Of a DNA stretch of 64,000 nucleotides, positions 60,201 to 64,000 are shown one piece after another (the stretch's first letter is position 1; the number at the start of each line of letters is the position of its first letter). Both the position numbers and the translations under genes were made by a program. This DNA is from Verrucomicrobiales bacterium (GTDB taxonomy: Bacteria > Verrucomicrobiota > Verrucomicrobiia > Limisphaerales > UBA9464), in NCBI GenBank assembly GCA_027489875.1, contig JAIXZE010000077.1:33000-96999 (forward strand), given 5' to 3'. The notes under the pieces are model-generated. The model saw only the letters and a program-made list of their open reading frames with translations, had not been told where the DNA came from and did not search any database.

Positions 60201-60917
60201 GGGGCGTACGATGTCATCCTGATGGATTGCCAGATGCCCGAACTCGACGGGTATGAGACGACCCACCAGATCCGGCTGGAAGAAGCGGATGGAAGCTACG
60301 GTCGACGCGTGCCGCATTTCATCATCGCCCTGACGGCGAATGCCATGGTTGGGGATCGCGAACGCTGCCTTGCTGCGGGCATGGATGATTTCGTGACAAA
60401 GCCTCTGGAGCTTTCGGCTCTGGAAGCGGCGCTGCGGCGTGCGCTCGCATTCCGTCAGACCGCGCTGGGGCCGGTCCAGGTTCCAGCTCTGGTGGGAGCC
60501 GCGCCCCAGCCGCCAGCCGCAGTGGAGGGCGGCGCAGCAGCTCCGGCCACGGCTTCCGCGGTTGAAGCGGACGTTGCTGATCTCGTCGTGCTCGATCCCG
60601 ACACGGTCAATCTGCTCATCGTTCCCGAGGACGATTCCTCCCTACGGGAGTTGGTGGAGCTGTTCCGCGAGGATGGTGGCATCCGGTTGGCGGCGATTCG
60701 CAAGGCGCGGATGGCGAAGGATGCCGCGGCATTGGCGGCCGCTGCGCATACGCTCAAGGGCAGCTCCGGAAACCTCGGAGGACGGCGGTTGGCAGCGTTG
60801 GTTTCCCGTCTGGAGATTGCCGCGAAGGCGGGTGACTGGAGCCTCGCCGAAGAATTGATCCCGGCCATCGAGCGGGCCTTCGATGTGTTCGTTGAGGCCC
60901 TGTCCCAGCATCGCTGA
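57258..60917 (+). CDS. Cytoplasmic hybrid histidine kinase (GAF-like, 3 PAS, HisKA, HATPase, 2 REC, HPt)
   Basis: SHEIRTPMNG, NLLNNAIKF, GGTGLGL, LDLQLP and MDCQMP receivers, AHTLKGSS. Confidence 0.93.
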   Translation: MNNSSNASGIGGPLDDLANLATQVAQVGATAVVLGDGDDLRVEGQSGLREEDTMVVMGIARRALREGGSIELREGAELEGSLFRWALAMPVDRNAGEHEGVLVVMDRVPRRPTVRQRAALQTVTHEVVLHLKFLHQAKSLQDTKSQHQKAEDALRESEAFYEALVESLPQNIFRKDLNGRFTFVNERFCRTVGKPRSEIMGMTDFDLFPWELAQKYQKDDRRLVEVGGAFETTEENLTKDGERHYVHVIKTPILDRNGERIGIQGIFWDVTVERRTQDALAHERDLLQALLEYAPDVIYFKDAESRILRASRAFAVKVGRNDPLELVGKTDHELFDPEHADQARADEQAILATGVPLHGKTEKEVWADGRVSWVLTSKLPLRDARGQIVGTFGVSRDITDLKLAQEKVERAEEKYRSIVVNALDGIFQTTPDGHYLSANPALARIYGFDTVDELIEERTNIAKQLYVHPERRLEFQRLMQEHDRIEGFESEVYRRDGSVIWIAENARAVRDAAGRLKYYEGTVEDITARKRAEHELQMARDVAIESARAKSEFLANTSHEIRTPMNGIIGMTRLLLDTPLTPDQRDHLETLRSSADSLLTILNDILDFSKIESGKLEFEALAFDLRDMVEDTAELLAERAFGKHLELTVWIDHRIPAQVRGDGGRIRQVLTNLLNNAIKFTAHGEVAVRVTLTSEEETGLLVRCDVSDTGVGISAGALGKIFEPFVQADGSTRRRFGGTGLGLSISRGLVRAMGGELGVESTLGKGATFWFTIPLGRVPLVVPDEPSLPLCRVLVVEDHELTRQVYLHELGGTEFRVSLAATAAEGLDALKRAAAIGEPFDLAILDLQLPDMDGLSLAHEIHLSQGLERARLVLAAPLGQRMEVGLLRTVGVAAYVVKPVKRARLLETLRAVVRGEDAFDRRTLSGGRGDAATGVTLGALRILIAEDNLVNQRVVLSMLKKLDQTAAIAADGRQVLEMVNTGAYDVILMDCQMPELDGYETTHQIRLEEADGSYGRRVPHFIIALTANAMVGDRERCLAAGMDDFVTKPLELSALEAALRRALAFRQTALGPVQVPALVGAAPQPPAAVEGGAAAPATASAVEADVADLVVLDPDTVNLLIVPEDDSSLRELVELFREDGGIRLAAIRKARMAKDAAALAAAAHTLKGSSGNLGGRRLAALVSRLEIAAKAGDWSLAEELIPAIERAFDVFVEALSQHR

Positions 60918-60935
60918 ACGGAGTCCGTTCCAGGG

Positions 60936-61574
60936 TTACGGGCTCAGCGCGGCACGCAACGCGGCGAGCGCGGCGGAACGGTGGCTGATCCGGTTCTTCA
61001 CGTCGCCACCCAGTTCGGCAAACGACTGGTTGTAGCCGTTGGGAACGAAGAGGGGATCGTAGCCGAAACCCGCCGCTCCCGAGGGTGCTTCCAGGATCCG
61101 GCCCTCGCAGGTGCCCGAGTAATGGGTCACCGCAGATGGGTGCGGATGCGCCACGGGGACCCGCGCGATGACACATCGGAACCGGGCCGTGCGCCGCTCG
61201 GCGGGAACCGAGGCTAGAAGGCGCAGGAGCTTTTCGTTGTTGGCGTGGTCGGGGGAATTGCCGGAAGCCCCGGTATCAAGGGCGGCAAATCGGGCGGAAT
61301 GGATCCCCGGAGCCCCGCTCAATGCGTCGACCTCGAGGCCGGAATCATCGGCGACCACCCATTCCACGTTCATGTTGCAGGTGTCGGAATGCAGATAACG
61401 CGCCCAGGCGATGGCCTTCAGTGCGGCGTTCCCCTCGAAGGTGTCCGCCGTCTCCGGCACGTCGAACCGGGCGTTGGTGTCGCGCTGGGAGAGCACGAGG
61501 ACATCGGGACCCAGGATCGATTTGAACTCGTCGATCTTGTGCGCATTGCCGGTGGCCAGGAACAGGGTGTGCAT
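60936..61574 (-). CDS. rdgB: Non-canonical purine NTP pyrophosphatase
   Basis: ATGNAHK, ADDSGL, GFGYDP, SHR. Confidence 0.94.
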   Translation of the reverse strand: MHTLFLATGNAHKIDEFKSILGPDVLVLSQRDTNARFDVPETADTFEGNAALKAIAWARYLHSDTCNMNVEWVVADDSGLEVDALSGAPGIHSARFAALDTGASGNSPDHANNEKLLRLLASVPAERRTARFRCVIARVPVAHPHPSAVTHYSGTCEGRILEAPSGAAGFGYDPLFVPNGYNQSFAELGGDVKNRISHRSAALAALRAALSP

Positions 61575-61637
61575 GGAGGGATTGGGACACGATGCGGGGG
61601 GACGCTCCAAGACGAACCTGAGGCGTCCCGGAACTTC

Positions 61638-62162
61638 TCAGTGCTCGACGCGCTTGAAGGCGGCCAGGGCCGCGGCGAGTTGCGCGGTGGAGGTCTCGGA
61701 GCGGAGTCGACCCATCGCCGCGGTGGCGAGCACGTCGCAGCGCTCGTTCCATTTGTGGCCTGCGTGGCCCTTGAGCCATTGCCAGTCGACCTGGTGCCGG
61801 CCCGCGAGGACATCAAGTTCGCTCCAGAGGTCCTGGTTCTTGACCGGGTCGCCTTCCTTGGTGCGCCAACCGCGCTTCCGCCAGTTCTTGATCCACGAGG
61901 TGATGCCCTGTCGGAGGTAGTCGGAATCGGTGAAGATCTGGACGTCGCACGGGCGGTTGATGGCCTTGAATCCCTGGATGGCGGCCTGGAGTTCCATGCG
62001 GTTGTTGGTGGTCGCCGGGACCGCACCCGAGAGTTCCCAGGCCTTGTCCTTGTAGATCACCACGCACGCCCACGCGCCGGGTCCGGGATTTCCCTGGCAA
62101 CCGCCATCCGTATAGATGGTCACCCTCGGTCGGGCGGGGAGGTTGGAATCGGGCGGGTTCAA
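61638..62162 (-). CDS. rnhA: Ribonuclease HI
   Basis: YTDGGCQGNPGPG, TNNRMEL, TDS, KGHAG, NERCD. Confidence 0.96.
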   Translation of the reverse strand: MNPPDSNLPARPRVTIYTDGGCQGNPGPGAWACVVIYKDKAWELSGAVPATTNNRMELQAAIQGFKAINRPCDVQIFTDSDYLRQGITSWIKNWRKRGWRTKEGDPVKNQDLWSELDVLAGRHQVDWQWLKGHAGHKWNERCDVLATAAMGRLRSETSTAQLAAALAAFKRVEH

Positions 62163-62214
62163 GAGGGAAGGCGGGCTGGACTCTGCCTCGTGACCTCGTC
62201 CGCTACCTGGGAGA

Positions 62215-63090
62215 TCATTGGACGACCTCAGTCCCCACGCCCTCGTCCGTGAAGAATTCCAACAGCACGCTGTGCGGGATGCGCCCGTCGATGAACTGGA
62301 CCTTCTCCACGCCGGCGCGGAGGGCCGCCACGGCGCTGTCTACCTTCGGGATCATTCCCTTGTCGACCACCCCGGTCTTCTTGAGGCCGTCGACCTCGCT
62401 GACCGCAAGGTGGGAAATCAGCGTGGAAGGATCCTTGGGATCGCGCAGCAGTCCGGGGACGTCGGACAGGAAGGCCAGTCGGCGGGCCTTGAGGGCGATG
62501 GCGGCCTGGGCCGCAGCGACGTCGGCATTGCAGTTGTAGACGTGGCCATCCTCGCCCCGCGCGGTGGGGCTGACCACCGGCACGCATCCCCGCGCGATGC
62601 ACTCCAGGAGCGGGGCCGTGTTCACCGCGGTGACCTCACCGACGTACCCGATGTCCACGGGGTTTCCCGCAGCATCCTTCAGAAATAGCTTCCGGCAGGT
62701 GAAGATATCCGTGCCCGCGAACCCGACGGCGCGTCCGCCGAGTTGGTGGATCATGCGGACGATCTCGGGATTGATCTCGCGGGACAACACCTGGTCCACG
62801 ACGGCCACGGTCGCGGCATCGGTGACGCGCTGGCCCTGGATGAACTCGGTCTTCACTCCGGACTTTTCCAGGGCTCGGGTGATGGCCTTGCCACCGCCAT
62901 GGACGACGACCGGGTTGATGGAAACCGCTTCCAGGAAGACGACGTCGCGGGCGACGCCGGAGCGGACGGATTCATCGGGTGAATCCATGAAGCTGCCGCC
63001 GTATTTCACGACGAACGTGGCACCGTCGAAGCGTTGGATATAAGGAAGTGCCTCGAGCAGCGTCGCGGCCTTGGAGATGAAGTCCTTCAT
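62215..63090 (-). CDS. argB: Acetylglutamate kinase
   Basis: EALPYI, VKYGG, VHGGG, NCNAD, GMIPKV. Confidence 0.96.
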   Translation of the reverse strand: MKDFISKAATLLEALPYIQRFDGATFVVKYGGSFMDSPDESVRSGVARDVVFLEAVSINPVVVHGGGKAITRALEKSGVKTEFIQGQRVTDAATVAVVDQVLSREINPEIVRMIHQLGGRAVGFAGTDIFTCRKLFLKDAAGNPVDIGYVGEVTAVNTAPLLECIARGCVPVVSPTARGEDGHVYNCNADVAAAQAAIALKARRLAFLSDVPGLLRDPKDPSTLISHLAVSEVDGLKKTGVVDKGMIPKVDSAVAALRAGVEKVQFIDGRIPHSVLLEFFTDEGVGTEVVQ

Positions 63091-63148
63091 GGGGGAGAGT
63101 CCTGCGCGTTGTTCCGGGAACTGGCGACTGGTGACTGGGAACGCTTTT

Positions 63149-64000
63149 TCAGCCCCCCAGCGTCGTGGGGTCCGCGACGTTGCCCTTGTTGTAGTCCACG
63201 TAGGCTTCGGTGAGGTCGGCGGCGTAGAGGACGGCTTCGCCCTTGCCGAGGTTGAGCCGGATGTGGAGGTCGAACTCGTCGGGAGCCGCTGCCTTGCAGA
63301 GATCCGCGAAGGTCGCCTTGGTGGGTTGGCCGCGGCGGAGGCTCCACAGGATCTTCTTTGAACCCGGGGCGGAGTATCCGATGTCGACCTTGTCCTCGAC
63401 GATGGTGGCGGCGGAATAGCCGAGGGCATCGATGATGCGGCCCCAGTTGGGATCGCCGCCGTGCCAGCTGGTCTTCACCAACGCGGAGTTTCCGACGGCG
63501 CGCGCGGCGGCATCGGCTTCCACGATGGATTTCGCGCCGGAGACGCGGACGGTCACGACGCGGTGCACGCCTTCGCCGTCGCGGACGATCATCTTCGCGA
63601 GCGCCAGGCAGACGTGGTTGAGGGCGGTCTGGAAGGCTGCGAAATCCTTGTGCTTCGTCGACTTGATCCGGTCGTTCCCGGCAAGGCCATTGGCGAGGAC
63701 GAGGACGGTGTCGTTGGTGGACATGTCGCCGTCCACGGTGATCCGGTTGAAGGAATTTGCGACGGCTTCGGTGAGGGCCTTCTGGAGGGTCCGGGCCTCG
63801 ACGGCGGCGTCGGTCGTGATGAACCCGAGCATGGTGGCGTGAAGGCCTGCCGGAATTCCGGAGGGCAGGGCGGCCGGGCGGGCTCCGGTGGGGCTCATCC
63901 CGGGCTGGATCATGCCCGCGCCCTTGCAGGTGCCGCCGATGCGGACGGTCTTGCCGCCGAGCTTCAGCTGGACGGCGACCTGCTTGGGCTTGGTGTCGCT
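63149..64000 (-). CDS. argJ: Ornithine acetyltransferase ArgJ (5' part outside the window)
   Basis: KGAGMI.P...ATML, VDGDMSTND, RDGEG, DPNWGRI. Confidence 0.95.
   Translation of the reverse strand, partial: SDTKPKQVAVQLKLGGKTVRIGGTCKGAGMIQPGMSPTGARPAALPSGIPAGLHATMLGFITTDAAVEARTLQKALTEAVANSFNRITVDGDMSTNDTVLVLANGLAGNDRIKSTKHKDFAAFQTALNHVCLALAKMIVRDGEGVHRVVTVRVSGAKSIVEADAAARAVGNSALVKTSWHGGDPNWGRIIDALGYSAATIVEDKVDIGYSAPGSKKILWSLRRGQPTKATFADLCKAAAPDEFDLHIRLNLGKGEAVLYAADLTEAYVDYNKGNVADPTTLGG

Noticed and set aside
1-64000. tRNA, rRNA, transposase, integrase, prophage or defence genes
   Set aside because: None recognised by eye; a covariance-model and HMM scan would be needed to exclude small RNAs.

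Overview
High-GC bacterial window; gene content (PVC-type heme proteins, DUF1080, CotH/lamin-tail proteins, exosortase/EpsI, hopanoid radical SAM enzymes) suggests Verrucomicrobiota, probably Limisphaerales/Pedosphaerales (inference). It is mostly core and housekeeping chromosome (leuD, rpsO-pnp, rseP, gluQ, yggS, pgsA/pgpA, folD, sod, gcvH, rdgB, rnhA, argB/argJ) mixed with large secreted proteins. I saw no rRNA, tRNA, CRISPR array or transposase. Most unusual observations: (1) a 1161-aa PNPase with a duplicated S1 domain separated by a ~330-aa R-x-(E/D) period-3 mixed-charge repeat, a candidate RNA-decay condensate scaffold; (2) four copies of a ~130-bp non-autonomous element with 23-bp TIRs and 8-9-bp target duplications enclosing an inverted pair of REP-like hairpins, one of which rewrote the gluQ C-terminus; (3) a recurrent -10-like hexamer 6-9 nt before start codons, suggesting leaderless mRNAs, including a poly-G-spacer promoter upstream of hpnH/hpnJ; (4) enzymes with non-canonical active-site regions (exosortase lacking the His, ArgJ with an insertion at the autocleavage site, a CheD/CNF1-like orphan). 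Family assignments come from visual motif recognition, not database searches.
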